Source: Blastocatellales bacterium (lineage in GTDB: Bacteria; Acidobacteriota; Blastocatellia; RBC074). Taken from it: a stretch of DNA of 64,000 bases. Under the pieces are notes generated by a model that ran no database searches, was not told the origin of the DNA, and saw nothing but the letters and a program-made list of their open reading frames with translations. Shown one piece after another: positions 34,743 to 51,600 of this stretch. The first letter of the stretch is position 1; each line of letters starts with the position of its first letter. Where the stretch lies: NCBI GenBank assembly GCA_050249535.1, contig JBFWQI010000001.1, positions 149,541 through 213,540 on the forward strand, given 5' to 3'. The position numbers and the translations under genes are program-made.

Positions 34743-36712
34743 CGGTCCGCGAACAGGTCGTAATCCGCGATCACTCGAAGAATTTCAGCTACGCTCCAGG
34801 CCTGGGCAATGCACCCTCCCGGTCGGTGAGGGGCGTCGCCGTCGAATACTTCAGAGATTTGACCGAGTCCGGCCTGCTGCAGATGCCGTTCGATGCCGGC
34901 CAGCCATTGGCGGGCCTCGTCTCGCGTCGATTCCGAGACTCCGAACAGTCTGAAATGCGCGTCGATGAAGGGACCAATCAGCCAGGGCCAGACCGTGCCC
35001 TGGTGATAGGCGCCGTCGCGGCTGGCGATGTCTCCTCCATACCTTCCACGATACTTCGGATCAGTCGGGGAGAGCGTTCGCAGGCCGCAGGGCGTCAGCA
35101 GGTGATCGCGAACGGTTTCGAAGACCCGCTTCGCATACCGGTCATCCAGAATGCCATGCTTGAGACTGACGGCCAGAATCTGATTCGGTCTGATCGAAGC
35201 GTCCCGATTCTCGCCATCGATCACATCATACAGGCATCCTGTCACGTCATTCCAGAAGATGTCGTTAAAACTGGTTTTAACCCGGGCCGCGAGCGATGCG
35301 TATTGTTCTGACCCGGACCCGAAGGCGGCGGCCAGCTTCTCCATGACCTTCAGCGCGTTGTACCAGAGCGCCTGTATTTCGACCGCTTTCCCGGTTCTCG
35401 GCGTCACGACGAAATCGCCGATTCGGGCATCCATCCACGTCAGTTGCACCCCGGGAACGCCGGCCTGAATCAGTCCGTCACCGTCGCAGTGTATGCCGTA
35501 TCTGGTTCCTGAAAGGTGATGCTCGACGATATCGCGCAGGACCGGATAGATCCGCTCGCGGATAAAGTTTTCATCCCGCGTGACATCGAGGTATCTCCTG
35601 ACGGCCTCGAAGTACCAGAGCGTCGCGTCGACGGTGTTGTATTCAGGCTCCTCGCCCGACTCAACGAACCTGTTAGGAAGCATTCCCCGGCTGACGTGGT
35701 TTGAGAATTCCAGAAGGATGCTGCGCGCCGTCTCGGGCAGGCCGGCAGTCAATCCGGGCAGGGCGATCATCGTATCGCGGCCCCAGTCGGCAAACCAGTG
35801 ATAGCCTGCGATGACAGTCTGCTGCTCTCCCCGCGAAACGATGAACTGCCGGGCCGCAGAGGTCAGATCCCGCCTGATTCCGCCGCCGGGAACCGAATCG
35901 GCGATCTCCACGCGGCGCGCCCTCTCACGATCGAGCAGAGCCGGCGCTTCCGAAATCAGATGCATCGCGGTCGATACGATCAGCGCGGCGTCACCACGGG
36001 CCGTCAGATCGCACTCGAGCTGGAAATGGTTGAAGAGGTCCTCGCTGAAATCGAGGCCGCGCTCCCTCTCGGCTTCATACTCGAAGTTGCGGTACCAGTA
36101 TCCGGAGGCGCTGACCGACTCCGCATCGTGAGAGAAGTGAAGTCCTGGAAGATCCGGGTACGGTCTGATAGAGATCGTCCCGGGGCCCTCGCTGAACGTG
36201 CCGTCGATCGAAGCGTTTTCCCTCGTCAGTGAATGATAATCCCGAAACGAGACCAGCGGCCTGATCCGAAGCCGCAGGTCTCTGCAATCGGGCGGGCGTT
36301 CGATCACGCGATAACGCACGACGACGGTATTCTCGCCGTCGATCATGCAGATCTCTTTTTCCAGTTCGACGTTCCCCGCCTGCCAGGTAAAGACCGGCCA
36401 CGGATCGAGTCTGAATCCGGTCTGAAGCAGGTGCCCCTGTGGGTGAATGACCGACCCGGAATCACCCCAATACCGGTTGACGGAGATGTCGAACGATGCG
36501 CCGTCGACGATCAGCATCTCTTCGAGTTTCGAGAGCAGGGCGGCCCGTCCGGCCGGAGGGTTGACGGCGGCCATCAGCAGCGCGTGGTAGCGCCGCGTGT
36601 TGAGCCCCGTAATCGTCGAGGAGGCGTAACCTCCCAGACTGTTGGTTTCAAGCCACTCGAGATCTTTCGCGATCTCCAGATTTTCGCACGCACCGGCATC
36701 GTACTCGATCAT
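34739..36712 (-). CDS. Glycogen debranching enzyme / amylo-alpha-1,6-glucosidase family protein (GDE N-terminal and GDE C-terminal domains).
   Basis: [24 protein letters not shown] is the N-terminal domain signature of bacterial GDE. The C-terminal (alpha/alpha)6 glucosidase region follows ([17 protein letters not shown]...). Confidence 0.8.
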   Translation of the reverse strand: MIEYDAGACENLEIAKDLEWLETNSLGGYASSTITGLNTRRYHALLMAAVNPPAGRAALLSKLEEMLIVDGASFDISVNRYWGDSGSVIHPQGHLLQTGFRLDPWPVFTWQAGNVELEKEICMIDGENTVVVRYRVIERPPDCRDLRLRIRPLVSFRDYHSLTRENASIDGTFSEGPGTISIRPYPDLPGLHFSHDAESVSASGYWYRNFEYEAERERGLDFSEDLFNHFQLECDLTARGDAALIVSTAMHLISEAPALLDRERARRVEIADSVPGGGIRRDLTSAARQFIVSRGEQQTVIAGYHWFADWGRDTMIALPGLTAGLPETARSILLEFSNHVSRGMLPNRFVESGEEPEYNTVDATLWYFEAVRRYLDVTRDENFIRERIYPVLRDIVEHHLSGTRYGIHCDGDGLIQAGVPGVQLTWMDARIGDFVVTPRTGKAVEIQALWYNALKVMEKLAAAFGSGSEQYASLAARVKTSFNDIFWNDVTGCLYDVIDGENRDASIRPNQILAVSLKHGILDDRYAKRVFETVRDHLLTPCGLRTLSPTDPKYRGRYGGDIASRDGAYHQGTVWPWLIGPFIDAHFRLFGVSESTRDEARQWLAGIERHLQQAGLGQISEVFDGDAPHRPGGCIAQAWSVAEILRVIADYDLFADR

Positions 36713-36866
36713 CTCTCACCCCCGAAAAAGTAGCAGGCAGCAGGGAGTAGGCAGTATTTAAGAAAAAACAAGCAGGTTTTTAATCGGATATAACGATCAG
36801 AAAAACGGGTTATATCTGAACACTGCCTGCCGCCAACTACCTATTCTATGATCCGGGGGCGCCGGT

Positions 36867-38387
36867 TTATTCCTCGATCTTCCACCATTCCTGGCCGTCG
36901 CGGGTGAGCAGTTCATCGGCCTCTTTGGGGCCCCAGGTTCCCGCCGCATAATTCGGGAAAGCGCGCGGAGGAAGAGCCTTCCAGACGTCCAGTACCGGTT
37001 CGATGACGCACCAGCCCGCTTCGACCATATCGGCCCGCTGGAAGAGCGTTGCGTCGCCGATCATGCAGTCGTAGAGCAGCCTTTCATATCCCGTGCTGGG
37101 AGTGCTGCCGAAATAGTCCATGTAACTGAAGTCCATCTCGACCGCGCCGACACGCATGATCGGCCCGGGAATCTTGGCGCCAAACCGCAGCGAGATGCCT
37201 TCATTCGGCTGGATTCTGATCGCCAGGCGGTTGGTTCGGAGCCTGTCGACGGGCGTGTCGCGGAAGAGCAGCAGCGGCGGGCGCTTGAACTGGATCGAGA
37301 TCTCCGTCACCCGTTTCGGCAGGCGCTTGCCGGTTCGCAGATAGAACGGGACGCCCGCCCAGCGCCAGTTCTCGATACCGAGCTTCATTGCGACGAATGT
37401 TTCGGTGTTCGAGTTCGGATCCACCTGGGCTTCGGCACGGTATTCCGGCACGGGCTCGCCGTTCATGCTTCCGCTGCCGTATTGCCCGCGGACCGTCCGC
37501 GTCAGAACATCCTCGGGATTGATCGGCGACATCGCCTGGAGCACCTTGGCCTGCTCGTCGCGAACTGCATTCGCGTCGAAAGAGATCGGCGGCTCCATCG
37601 ATGTCAGCGAGACGAGCTGGAACAGATGGTTCGGAACCATGTCCCGCAACGCGCCGGATGTGTCGTAGTATCCGCCCCGTTTCTCGACGCCGACCGTCTC
37701 GGCCGCGGTTATCTGCACGCTGTCGATGTAACGCCGGTTCCAGATCGGCTCGAAGATCGCGTTTCCGAATCGAAATACCAGCAGATTCTGAACAGTCTCC
37801 TTGCCGAGGTAATGATCGATCCGGTAGATCTGCCGTTCGTCGATCACGGTCCGGATAGTGGCGTTGAGCGACCTTGCCGATTCGAGGTCCGTGCCGAAAG
37901 GCTTCTCGATGATTACACGCCGAAACTGCCCGTTGACCTCCTTCGTCAATTCGATACCGCCGAGATGCTCGATCACGGGACCGAAAAATGACGGAGCGGT
38001 GGCGAGATAGAAGAAATAATTCCCCCTCGTGCCGTGCTCTGCGTCGACTGCAGCCAGCTGATCGCCGATGTTGCGATACGTCTGGACATCATTGAGATCG
38101 CCGCCGACATAATAGATGCGTTTCAGGAACCATTCCCAGATGCCGTCCTCGACCTCGCTCGTCGCATACGTGCGGATCTCCTGCGACAGCTGGTCGCGCC
38201 AGGCCTCGCTGGTCATCTCTGTCCGCGACGTGCCCACAATCGCAAATTGATCCGGCAGAAGTCTGCTTTTGACCAGATTGTAAAGCGCCGGAATGAGCTT
38301 CCGTTTGGTCAGATCTCCGGTCGCACCGAAGATCACCATCACGCACGGAGGGGCCGGGTTTCCCGGCGTTAATTCCTGTTCGGACAT
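36867..38387 (-). CDS. zwf: Glucose-6-phosphate 1-dehydrogenase.
   Basis: The NADP-binding motif is [14 protein letters not shown]. The G6PD active-site signature is RIDHYLGKE. Confidence 0.9.
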   Translation of the reverse strand: MSEQELTPGNPAPPCVMVIFGATGDLTKRKLIPALYNLVKSRLLPDQFAIVGTSRTEMTSEAWRDQLSQEIRTYATSEVEDGIWEWFLKRIYYVGGDLNDVQTYRNIGDQLAAVDAEHGTRGNYFFYLATAPSFFGPVIEHLGGIELTKEVNGQFRRVIIEKPFGTDLESARSLNATIRTVIDERQIYRIDHYLGKETVQNLLVFRFGNAIFEPIWNRRYIDSVQITAAETVGVEKRGGYYDTSGALRDMVPNHLFQLVSLTSMEPPISFDANAVRDEQAKVLQAMSPINPEDVLTRTVRGQYGSGSMNGEPVPEYRAEAQVDPNSNTETFVAMKLGIENWRWAGVPFYLRTGKRLPKRVTEISIQFKRPPLLLFRDTPVDRLRTNRLAIRIQPNEGISLRFGAKIPGPIMRVGAVEMDFSYMDYFGSTPSTGYERLLYDCMIGDATLFQRADMVEAGWCVIEPVLDVWKALPPRAFPNYAAGTWGPKEADELLTRDGQEWWKIEE

Positions 38388-38394
38388 GTTTGAA

Positions 38395-38466
<72 letters not shown>

Positions 38467-38467
38467 A

Positions 38468-39463
38468 TTATCCTCCTGCCGGCCTCTCTACGTGGCCGCC
38501 GAATTTATGGCGCATGGCCGAGAGGACCTTTTCGGCATAGGTATGTTCCTGACGGGATCTGAAACGGGTGAAGAGCGAGGCTGCCAGGACATCGGCCGGC
38601 ACGGCCTCCTCGATCGCCGCCTGGATGGTCCAGCGGCCTTCGCCGGAGTCCTGGACGAAGCCAGAATAGTTCGAGAGGCTCGGATTTTCGAGCAGCGCCA
38701 TGGCCGTCAGGTCGAGCAGCCACGATCCGACGACACTGCCTCGCCGCCACACCTCCGCGATATCGGCCAGGTTCAGTTCGAACCGGTGTTCCTCGGGCAA
38801 CTCGGTCGAGACGGCATTGCGCATGATGTCGAAACCCTCGGCATAGGCCTGCATGAGCCCATATTCGATGCCGTTATGGACCATCTTGACGAAATGGCCT
38901 GAGCCCGAGGGGCCGCAGTAGAGGTATCCGTCCTCGGCAGTTCTGCTGAAATCGGCTGGTGCGGATTCGCGCCCCGGAGTGCGTTCTATTTCGCCGCGTC
39001 CCGGGCTGAGGGTTTTGAAGATCGGCTGGAGGTGGTCGAAGACCTCTTTCTCGCCTCCGATCATCAGACAATAACCGCGTTCGGCGCCCCAGATGCCCCC
39101 GCTCGTGCCGACGTCGACGTAATGGATACCTTTCTCGCTCAATGCTTTCGCGCGCCTGACGTCATCCTTGAAATGAGAGTTCCCGCCGTCGATCACGATA
39201 TCGCCGCCGGACATGAAGACCGACAGCGTATCGACTGTCTGTTCGGTCGCCGCTCCGGCGGGCACCATGACCCAGATCGCCCGGGGCTTCTCCATCTTCT
39301 CGACCAGATCCTCGATCGTTCGCGCGGCGATCGCGCCCTCCGATTCGATCTGTTTGACGTTGTCCTGATTGAGATCGAAGACGAAGCACTGGTGCCCGTC
39401 ACGCATCAGACGGCGCACCATGTTCGCTCCCATGCGCCCCAAACCTATCATTCCTAGCTGCAT
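38468..39463 (-). CDS. gnd: 6-phosphogluconate dehydrogenase (decarboxylating), short NAD(P)-dependent form.
   Basis: The Rossmann motif is [11 protein letters not shown]. Catalytic-domain motifs are present ([14 protein letters not shown]). Confidence 0.85.
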   Translation of the reverse strand: MQLGMIGLGRMGANMVRRLMRDGHQCFVFDLNQDNVKQIESEGAIAARTIEDLVEKMEKPRAIWVMVPAGAATEQTVDTLSVFMSGGDIVIDGGNSHFKDDVRRAKALSEKGIHYVDVGTSGGIWGAERGYCLMIGGEKEVFDHLQPIFKTLSPGRGEIERTPGRESAPADFSRTAEDGYLYCGPSGSGHFVKMVHNGIEYGLMQAYAEGFDIMRNAVSTELPEEHRFELNLADIAEVWRRGSVVGSWLLDLTAMALLENPSLSNYSGFVQDSGEGRWTIQAAIEEAVPADVLAASLFTRFRSRQEHTYAEKVLSAMRHKFGGHVERPAGG

Positions 39464-39514
39464 CGGTTATCTCCTGAAAAAATTGATTGCGGTTGTTCAA
39501 GGTCGAAATGAGAT

Positions 39515-39961
39515 TCAGTATTTGTCTTCAAGCGATTTTACTTTGTCCAGTCGTTTCTGATGGCGCTCATCGTGTGAGAAGCGTGCCGAGAGAAAGGCCC
39601 TGACCAGTTCGCGAGCGGTCTCGATGCCGATGATCCTGCCGCCGAGTACCAGCACGTTCATATCGTCGTGCTCAACGCCCTGGTGAGCCGAATAAGTGTC
39701 GTGCGTCAGGCCGGCGCGAATGCCGGACATCTTGTTTGCGGCGATCGACGCCCCGACGCCGCTGCCGCATATCAATATTCCTCGCTCAGCCTTGCCCTCG
39801 AGGACCGCCTTGCCGACCGCTTCCGCGTAATCCGGGTAATCGACCGAGGCCGTCCCATGCGTGCCCAGGTCCGACACCTCATGCCCGAGATCGTTCAGAT
39901 ACGGGATAAGCGCCTGTTTAAGATCATATCCAGCATGATCGGCCCCGATCGCCAGTCGCAT
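39515..39961 (-). CDS. rpiB: Ribose-5-phosphate isomerase B.
   Basis: [15 protein letters not shown]...[16 protein letters not shown] is the canonical RpiB/LacAB signature. Confidence 0.85.
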   Translation of the reverse strand: MRLAIGADHAGYDLKQALIPYLNDLGHEVSDLGTHGTASVDYPDYAEAVGKAVLEGKAERGILICGSGVGASIAANKMSGIRAGLTHDTYSAHQGVEHDDMNVLVLGGRIIGIETARELVRAFLSARFSHDERHQKRLDKVKSLEDKY

Positions 39962-40394
39962 GATTGCTCCTCTTGCTTTTAAAAAATTAAAAAATCAGAT
40001 CGAAATCGATCTCACGGCAGGTATGAAGTGTAGTCCTTGTCCGTTCGGGTGACAAGGAATCGATACGATCGCTGCTCCAGATTACGCAGGGTTTTGGCAA
40101 TAATCTGTTGACCGAACGCGAAATTCAGCTGGATGAGGGGATCCGGGTCGTCAATACGATATTAATAATGATGTGGTCGGCGTGCCATTGAATGTCTTGC
40201 AACTATTGTAGTTACAGGCAGTATTCGTTAATATCCTTAACATTACAGGCATTATTTTCCTGGTAAAAGGCACAGGATGGCTGTCATTACCAGCCTATAA
40301 TCAGAGCAACAAACGGTACTTTTAGAAATCAAAATTCTGGTCAGCCCCGTGAGAAGAACCATTTCTCATTGCACATTGATAAGGAAAAATCCGT

Positions 40395-43300
40395 ATGCTC
40401 GCCATGAGTGGAAAAAGGCTGAAAGCCGAATTGTGGCTTCCTGACCGCATCACCTCCATCAGGATAGGTCTTCTTTTCCTTGCAGTCATATCCGTTCTCC
40501 AGTCGGATCGTGCGATTGTGACCGGGGAAGCGACCACTGGCGGCTCCAGCGGGTTGAGTCGCTCCGGCGCTGCGACGATCACCGTTCAAAACGCGAACGA
40601 CAGCGGGCCCGGCTCGCTTCGAGACGCTATCTCAGCCGCATCTCCCGGGGATACCATCAACTTTTCATCAGGAGTGGTAAGCCTCGGCGCGATCAATCTG
40701 ATCAGCGGTGAGTTGCTGATCAACAAGAACCTGAGGATCGAAGGACCCGGGCACGGATTGCTGGTTGTCCAACGAAGCGCTTCCGCTCCTGACTTCAGAA
40801 TATTGAAGATCACCGGCGGAGCGGTTGTCACAATAGCCGGGCTCGATATTGCCAACGGGAGGGCGACTAATACTTCCTTACCTCAAGAGGACGATGGCGG
40901 TGGAATACAGATTATCAGCAGCGACCTGACGCTCAGCGGGTGCGTGATAAATGGAAACCATGCAACAGGAAGCGGGGGAGGCATCGATCTCATCGGCGGA
41001 TTGCTGACCATCTCGGGATGTACAATTAACGACAATACTGCTGATACCGGCGGCGGCATTAATGTCTATTTCGGTGCTGTTCTGGCTCTCGATTCCTGCA
41101 CTATCAATGCCAACAGAGCGCAAAATGCATCCGCGATAGAGGTTGAGAACTCTGATGTCTACCTTACCAATGCGACTATCAGCGGCAACCTGACGCTGAC
41201 CGGCGGCGGCGCAATAAATAATTACGCGGCGACGGGGCAAAACTCAAAATTGGCATTTAACAACTGCACGGTCGTTTTTAATAAAAACTGGGGGGCGCTG
41301 GCCAAAGCTGATCCCGGCGGGCTGGCCGAGATCATTCTGTCCAGTTCGATTTTCGAGGACAATGGACAGAATTTCCAGACGAGCGGCTCCGGCGCATTTC
41401 TTACGAATATCTGCTGCAATTTTGACAGCGACGGTACGAGCGGTTTCGTTAACGGTGCGCAGGGCGGATTTGTGGGCAGCGCCAGTTCGCCCATTTCGGC
41501 TTTACTTGGTTCGCTGGCAGACAATGGGGGACTGACGAAAACGCATGCCCTGCGCTGGGGCAGTCCGGCGCTCGATGTCGGAGCGACCATCGGCGGGCCG
41601 GTTGTCGATCAGCGTGATAATTCGAGATTCGGGCCGGAAGCCGACGGCGACGGCGACGGATTCGGCGCAGCCGACATCGGCGCATTCGAGGTGCAGAAGT
41701 ATATTGTCAATAATGAGATGGATTCAGGGCCCGGATCCCTCCGCCAGGCAATCACTGACAACAACAATTACGGCGGTGGACTGATTGCGTTCGATATATC
41801 CGGAGCCGGGGTTCATTCGATTGCTCCCCTGACGCCGTTACCCGTTGTTACAAGAACCGTGACGATTGACGGTTATTCTCAGCCCGGCGCCATGCCGAAA
41901 ACGAGTTTTCCTTTCACCGGCACCGTCATCAATATTGAATTGAGTGGCGCGAATCTGGCGCAGGGTGAAGGGCTTGAATTGCAGGCAGCATACAGCGTAA
42001 TCAGAGGCCTCGCCATCAATGGGTTCACCAACGGGATCATGCTTCGCGGAAGCAATGCGTCATTCAACAGTATTCTGGGTAATTTCATCGGCACGCATAC
42101 GACGGGCAAAATAGCTGTGCCGAATACATTCTCAGGCGTCAACATTCTGGAAGGTGCCGCAGGTAATCGTGTCGGTACAGAGGCGTTTGCCGACCATAAT
42201 CTGATCAGCGGAAACCTTGGAGCCGGGATAATAGTTCAATCGCCGGGCACGACTTCGAACACTATCGTCAGGAATTCGATCGGTCTGACTGTCGGAGGCG
42301 GCACTACGCTGGGGAACAAGGCCGGGCCGGGCATAAATCCCGGGTTCGGCATACTGATAGGTTTCGGTGCCAATCAGACCACGATCAGGCAGAACTTCAT
42401 TTCCTACAATGAAGCCGCCGGCATCGCTGTATATTCGGACAGTACGGCTCCGCAGCCGAAAGGCAACAAGATCTTCGATAACAACAGGATCCATTCAAAT
42501 GGCGGTTTAGGAATAGATCTCGGATTTGATGGGGTTACTCAGAACGATTCGGACGACTCGGACAGCGGGCCGAACGATCTTCAAAATTTTCCGGTTCTTG
42601 ATCCGATCACTACGCCGGGAACAATCACCGGCACTCTCACCAGCATTCCCGGTAAAACCTATCGAATCGAGCTTTTTTCCAGCTCGAAATGCGACAGTTC
42701 GGGATATGGAGAGGGCGAAGAGCCGGTGTCGGCAATCACTGCCGTTAACACCGACCCACAGGGCAAATTAACCTTCAGTTTCGGATACACACCGCCTTCG
42801 ACAAGGCCATACATCACTGCGACCGCAACGAATAATGATACCGATGAAACATCAGAGTTTTCGGCGTGTGTATATATTTCTCCGACTCTGACGCTGGTCA
42901 ATAATGTAAATAACGACAATGGCGGGACGCTGACGGCAGGTGATTTTCCTGTCGCCATCGACGGAAGCCCGGTTTCATGGGGAGTATCAATACCGGTCAG
43001 TGAGGGATCTCATACTGCCAGTCAAACGACAAAAAGTGGCTACAATGCCTCAACCTGGGGTGGAGACTGCGCAGCCGACGGAACGATCACCTTGGCGCCG
43101 GGCGAGAACAAGACCTGTACGATCACCAACGACGATATCGCGCCGTCACTGACGCTGGTCAAACAGGTGGTAAACAACAACGGCGGCACTGCACTCACGA
43201 CGGATTTCATCCTGAGTGCCGCAGGCCCCACGCCGATCTCAGGCGCCGGCAATGCTGCCAGCGATGCGAGCTTCAAGGCGGGAGTCTACGCATTGTCCGA

Positions 43301-44645
43301 GACCAACCTGCCGGGATATGTGGCCAGCGGCTGGTTATGCACCGGCGGAGTGCTGACAGGCTCAGACCTCACGCTGGGAGTGGGCGAGTCGGCGGTCTGC
43401 GTAATTGCCAACGATGATATTCCTGCCCAACTGACACTGATCAAATCAGTAATTAATGACAATGGCGGGACGCTGACGGCCAATGATTTCCCTGTCTTTA
43501 TCGACGGCAATCCGGTTTCGTGGGGAGTCACATTCAATCTCAATGCAGGAGTATATTCGGCGAGTGAGACCACCAGCTCCGGCTATACTGCTTCGCCCTG
43601 GGGGGGAGACTGCGCTGCTGACGGGACGGTCGTCCTTGCGCCGGGCGACAGCAAGATCTGCAGGATTACCAATGACGATATCCCTCTGACCCCTCCAACA
43701 ATCACCGGGATGGTCGTCTTTGATAATCTGATCATCGCAAGCGGGACAGGTTATGTCGATCCGGTGCAGGTGCTGATCGACGGCGTCGGGTTTTACGACC
43801 CGGCGAAGGTGGAGAGTCAGGGGACCGTGATCAGGCAGGCCGGACTGCTTTCGGACGGACGAACGATCCTTCAGGCAACGCCGGCGGGCAAGCCGGTCAC
43901 CATAGAGATCGTCAACAGCGGCGGTTCGAGAACTGCATATACATACACGCGCAGCCGCACGTTTACCCCATCGGATGGGGTGAGCCGCAAGCCTCGCGTG
44001 CCGCCGATCCAGTTGACCAGTGTAGTCTTCGACGACATAGCCAAAACAGTAGAGATTACAGGCCTGCTGACAGGGCTGGCGCCGAATACCGTTTACACGA
44101 TCTATATTCTCTACACGCCCTCGGGTGACGACGGCTCTGAGACGAAGAGCTGTCAGGATGCGGCAAATTTAGAGAAGACCATCGTTCTCGAGGCATTCAC
44201 AATCAGGACGGACGAACGAGGTAATGCCAAATTCAACCGGAAATATCCGGTCGAAAAAGGGAAGGGCTTCATCAATGCGATCGCGATTCCGGCCACAGGT
44301 AACCAGGTTCCCGTGACCTCGAACTGCCTCGGTGCGGCTCCGCCTCCCGGTCCGGCGATCTTCGAGATCAGGCTTGACCTGCAATCCGGCCAGCAGAGCG
44401 ACGATCGGATGATCATCATCGGGTTCGGATTCAACGAACCCAGGGTCTTCATCAATGATATTCCGTTTGTCGAAAATCCGATGCCTGAAACCCATCAGAA
44501 TATTATCGGGCAGCAACTGGAGCTGAAGGGGAGTCTGGAAGGCGGCCTGAGAATCCGGGACCTGATTAAACCCGGAGCGACGGTGCGAATCAGGGTCACG
44601 AACGGCAACGGAGGCTCGACCCAGTACTTTTTCAGGTATCGATAA
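40395..44645 (+). CDS. Giant secreted or surface protein (1416 aa). It has a Pmp-like parallel beta-helix region, three tandem 90-95-aa beta-sandwich repeats and further C-terminal Ig-like domains.
   Basis: There is an N-terminal signal/anchor. Repeated GGGI...LTLSGCxINxN units resemble polymorphic-membrane-protein and right-handed beta-helix repeats. Three repeats (at about 42880, 43150 and 43430) follow the pattern [21 protein letters not shown]...[36 protein letters not shown]. Their DNA has diverged to about 75% identity. Confidence 0.7.
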   Translation: MLAMSGKRLKAELWLPDRITSIRIGLLFLAVISVLQSDRAIVTGEATTGGSSGLSRSGAATITVQNANDSGPGSLRDAISAASPGDTINFSSGVVSLGAINLISGELLINKNLRIEGPGHGLLVVQRSASAPDFRILKITGGAVVTIAGLDIANGRATNTSLPQEDDGGGIQIISSDLTLSGCVINGNHATGSGGGIDLIGGLLTISGCTINDNTADTGGGINVYFGAVLALDSCTINANRAQNASAIEVENSDVYLTNATISGNLTLTGGGAINNYAATGQNSKLAFNNCTVVFNKNWGALAKADPGGLAEIILSSSIFEDNGQNFQTSGSGAFLTNICCNFDSDGTSGFVNGAQGGFVGSASSPISALLGSLADNGGLTKTHALRWGSPALDVGATIGGPVVDQRDNSRFGPEADGDGDGFGAADIGAFEVQKYIVNNEMDSGPGSLRQAITDNNNYGGGLIAFDISGAGVHSIAPLTPLPVVTRTVTIDGYSQPGAMPKTSFPFTGTVINIELSGANLAQGEGLELQAAYSVIRGLAINGFTNGIMLRGSNASFNSILGNFIGTHTTGKIAVPNTFSGVNILEGAAGNRVGTEAFADHNLISGNLGAGIIVQSPGTTSNTIVRNSIGLTVGGGTTLGNKAGPGINPGFGILIGFGANQTTIRQNFISYNEAAGIAVYSDSTAPQPKGNKIFDNNRIHSNGGLGIDLGFDGVTQNDSDDSDSGPNDLQNFPVLDPITTPGTITGTLTSIPGKTYRIELFSSSKCDSSGYGEGEEPVSAITAVNTDPQGKLTFSFGYTPPSTRPYITATATNNDTDETSEFSACVYISPTLTLVNNVNNDNGGTLTAGDFPVAIDGSPVSWGVSIPVSEGSHTASQTTKSGYNASTWGGDCAADGTITLAPGENKTCTITNDDIAPSLTLVKQVVNNNGGTALTTDFILSAAGPTPISGAGNAASDASFKAGVYALSETNLPGYVASGWLCTGGVLTGSDLTLGVGESAVCVIANDDIPAQLTLIKSVINDNGGTLTANDFPVFIDGNPVSWGVTFNLNAGVYSASETTSSGYTASPWGGDCAADGTVVLAPGDSKICRITNDDIPLTPPTITGMVVFDNLIIASGTGYVDPVQVLIDGVGFYDPAKVESQGTVIRQAGLLSDGRTILQATPAGKPVTIEIVNSGGSRTAYTYTRSRTFTPSDGVSRKPRVPPIQLTSVVFDDIAKTVEITGLLTGLAPNTVYTIYILYTPSGDDGSETKSCQDAANLEKTIVLEAFTIRTDERGNAKFNRKYPVEKGKGFINAIAIPATGNQVPVTSNCLGAAPPPGPAIFEIRLDLQSGQQSDDRMIIIGFGFNEPRVFINDIPFVENPMPETHQNIIGQQLELKGSLEGGLRIRDLIKPGATVRIRVTNGNGGSTQYFFRYR

Positions 44646-44674
44646 TCGAACATTATCGACCCCGGAGCGGACGG

Positions 44675-48613
<3,939 letters not shown>

Positions 48614-48646
48614 TTTCATATTCCAGACGGCAATAATCTGATCCGA

Positions 48647-51600
48647 ATGAACCACCTCAACACGCCTCGAGGAGGCGATGAAAATCCGTATGTCGGCCCC
48701 CGGCCTTTCGAGACCGGGCGACGGCTCTTCGGCCGGGACAGGGAGACGGAGGATCTCTACTACCTGCTCAGCGCTGAGCGGATCGTGTTGCTCTATTCGC
48801 CGTCGGGCGCAGGCAAGAGTTCGCTGATTCAGGCCGGCCTTGTGCCGCGCCTGGCGGGCAAGTTCGATGTCTGGGGACCGACGCGCGTCAATCTGCAACC
48901 CTCCGGCGAGTTGCCCGCGGGAGTCAATCGTTATGTCAGGAGCGCCATGCTCGGGCTGGAGCAGGGCATACCCGAATCGCGCCGCCGCCCGGAGTCTGAG
49001 CTGGTCGGGCTGTCGCTGGCGGATTACGTCAGCGGGCGTCCGCGCAGGCGATCCGCGCCGGACAACATTGTGATCATCTTCGATCAGTTCGAGGAGATAC
49101 TGACCGTCGATCCGCTGGCGGTCGAGGCGAAGAAGGAGTTTTTCAATCAGCTCGGCGAGCTTCTGCTCGATCCCCGCATCTGGGCGCTGTTCGCGCTGCG
49201 AGAAGACTATCTGGCTCCGTTCGACACGTACGCTGAGATGATTCCGACGCACCTCAGAAACCGGTTTCGACTGGATCTGCTCGGGCGTGAGTCGGCGCGC
49301 GAGGCGATCGTCAATCCGGCTCGCGACGGCGGCCGCGAATTCGCCGATGAGGCCGTGGAAAAGCTGGTCAGCGATCTGGCGACGGTCAAGGTGCAACAGC
49401 CCGACGGGAAGTTCATAGACCAGCTCGGACAGCACGTCGAACCTCTTCAGCTTCAGGTCGTCTGCCGCCGGCTCTGGGAGAGGATGCCGGATGAAGACAG
49501 GCGCATCGATCTCGAGGATGTCCTCGAACTCGGCAACGTGACCGAGGCGCTGTCAGGTTATTACGCCGGTGAAGTCGGAAAACTGGCCGCGGGCGATGAC
49601 CGGACCGCTCGCGAGATCAGGGAATGGGTCGACGAAAAGCTGATCACTGCGGACGGCATCAGGTCGCAGGTGCTGCGCGGCGCCGGACGGAGCGAGGGGC
49701 TCGACAACGATCTGATCGCGCGGCTGATCAACACCCACCTCATCCGCGCCGAGCAGCGCGTCGGAGCGGTCTGGTACGAACTCGCCCATGACCGCCTGAT
49801 CGCTCCGATCAGAGAGGACAATCGCCGGTGGTTCGATTCGCATCTCCATCAGGTTCAGAAACTCGCCAAGATCTGGGGGGCGCAGGATGAGCCGCCGGGG
49901 CTTCTGCTGGCGGGGAAGGAGCTCGAGGAGGCCCGGCAATGGGCCGCCCGAAACGATCGGATTCTAGATCTCGAGCGCCGGTTCATCGAAAAATCGACCG
50001 TCCGTCAGGAGCAGATAGAACGCGAGCGCCGTCAGGCGATCAGGCAGCGCAGAATGCTCCGAATCGTGAGCGTGCTGACGGTCCTTGCGATCGCGGCTGC
50101 GATTGTGGCGTTCTGGCAGATGCGTGTGGCTGAACAGAAGGAGCGGGATCTGCAGGCAAGTCTCAGGACTTCGCGCGGTCTGCTCTACGTCGCCAGTCAG
50201 TTGCAGGCATGGGAAGCGTACGACGCCAGACAGTATTCCCAGGCCGCCGAGTATCTGGAAAGCTCCATGCCGGACGCGACGGTTGGAGGTCCCGATGTCA
50301 GAAGTTACGACTGGTATCTGCTCTGGCGGTTGATGCACGACGAAAAGCAGACTCTGGCCGGCCATCGTTCCAATGTCACCTCTGTCGTCTTCTTTCCCGA
50401 CGGGCGGACTGCGGCGAGCGGTGATGCCGGCGGCGAACTGAGAGTCTGGGATACGGCTTCCGGAAAAGAAGTGCGGACGATTGCGGATGCCTCCGATTCG
50501 ATCAGCTCGATGGCGCTATCCGGCGATGGAAGAATGCTGGCTGTCGGCGGAACGAAAGCAGTAAGGCTCTTCGAGACAACGAACTGGAAGATGATCAGGG
50601 AAATTGCGGCCATTCAGTCCCCGGCCCTCTCGCTTGCATTCGCGACCGGCGGGAAGATGCTGGCCTCAGGGCATGCCGACGGCACCGTCGTGCTCCGGAA
50701 TCCGGGAGATGGAAGTGAGCTTCAACCGCGCCTTGAAAAACATGACGCCGGCGTGATCGCGGTTTCATTCTCGCCGGACGGCAATTTCCTGGCCTGTGGC
50801 GATCTGGACGGCACAGTAAAGGTGTGGGATGTCGGGAACGGAAATCGACGGCAGGAGGCCTTGCTCCTGCTTCAGACCACGCTCACCTCGCTCGCATTTT
50901 CGCCGGACGGCAGCAAGCTGGCGATCGCATACGGAGCCGGCATCATCAGCCTGCGGAATGCGGCTGACCGCCGCGAAATATGGAAGACAACAAACGGCGG
51001 AGCTATCATCAACACGATACGGTTTTCGCCCGACGGTAAACTGCTCGCCTCCGCGTCGGTGGACGGGAGCATCAGGCTGATCGATGCGGCGACAGGCACT
51101 GAAGCGCGGGCGCTCAAGGGCCATCTCGCCAGCGTCAGATCCTTTGCCTTCTCTCCCGATGGGCGCTCGCTGGTCAGCGGAAGCCACGATCATACCGTCA
51201 GGATCTTCGATCTGACGGCGCTGCCTGAATATCCGAAACTTTCCGGACACGACAAGGACGTCATTGCCGTTCGCTATTCCGCCGACGGTCGCATGATCGC
51301 GAGCGGAAGCGAGGACGGGACGGTCGCCCTGTTCGATGCCGGGAGCCGCAAGTTGCGCTGGCGATCAGAAGACCAGGGATCGCCGGTCAATGCGATAGCG
51401 CTCAGTCCTGACGGGAGCCGTCTGGCAGGCGGCGCGGGCGACGGGAAGCTCCGCTTGTGGGATGCCGCGAACGGATCGACGCTCTGGCCTCAGCCGCAGG
51501 TCCACGGCGAAAGCATCAAGTCCGTCGCTTTTTCAACGGACGGAAAGTCGCTGGCCAGCGGTAGCGATGACGGTTCGATCGTGATTCACGCGGCGTCTGA

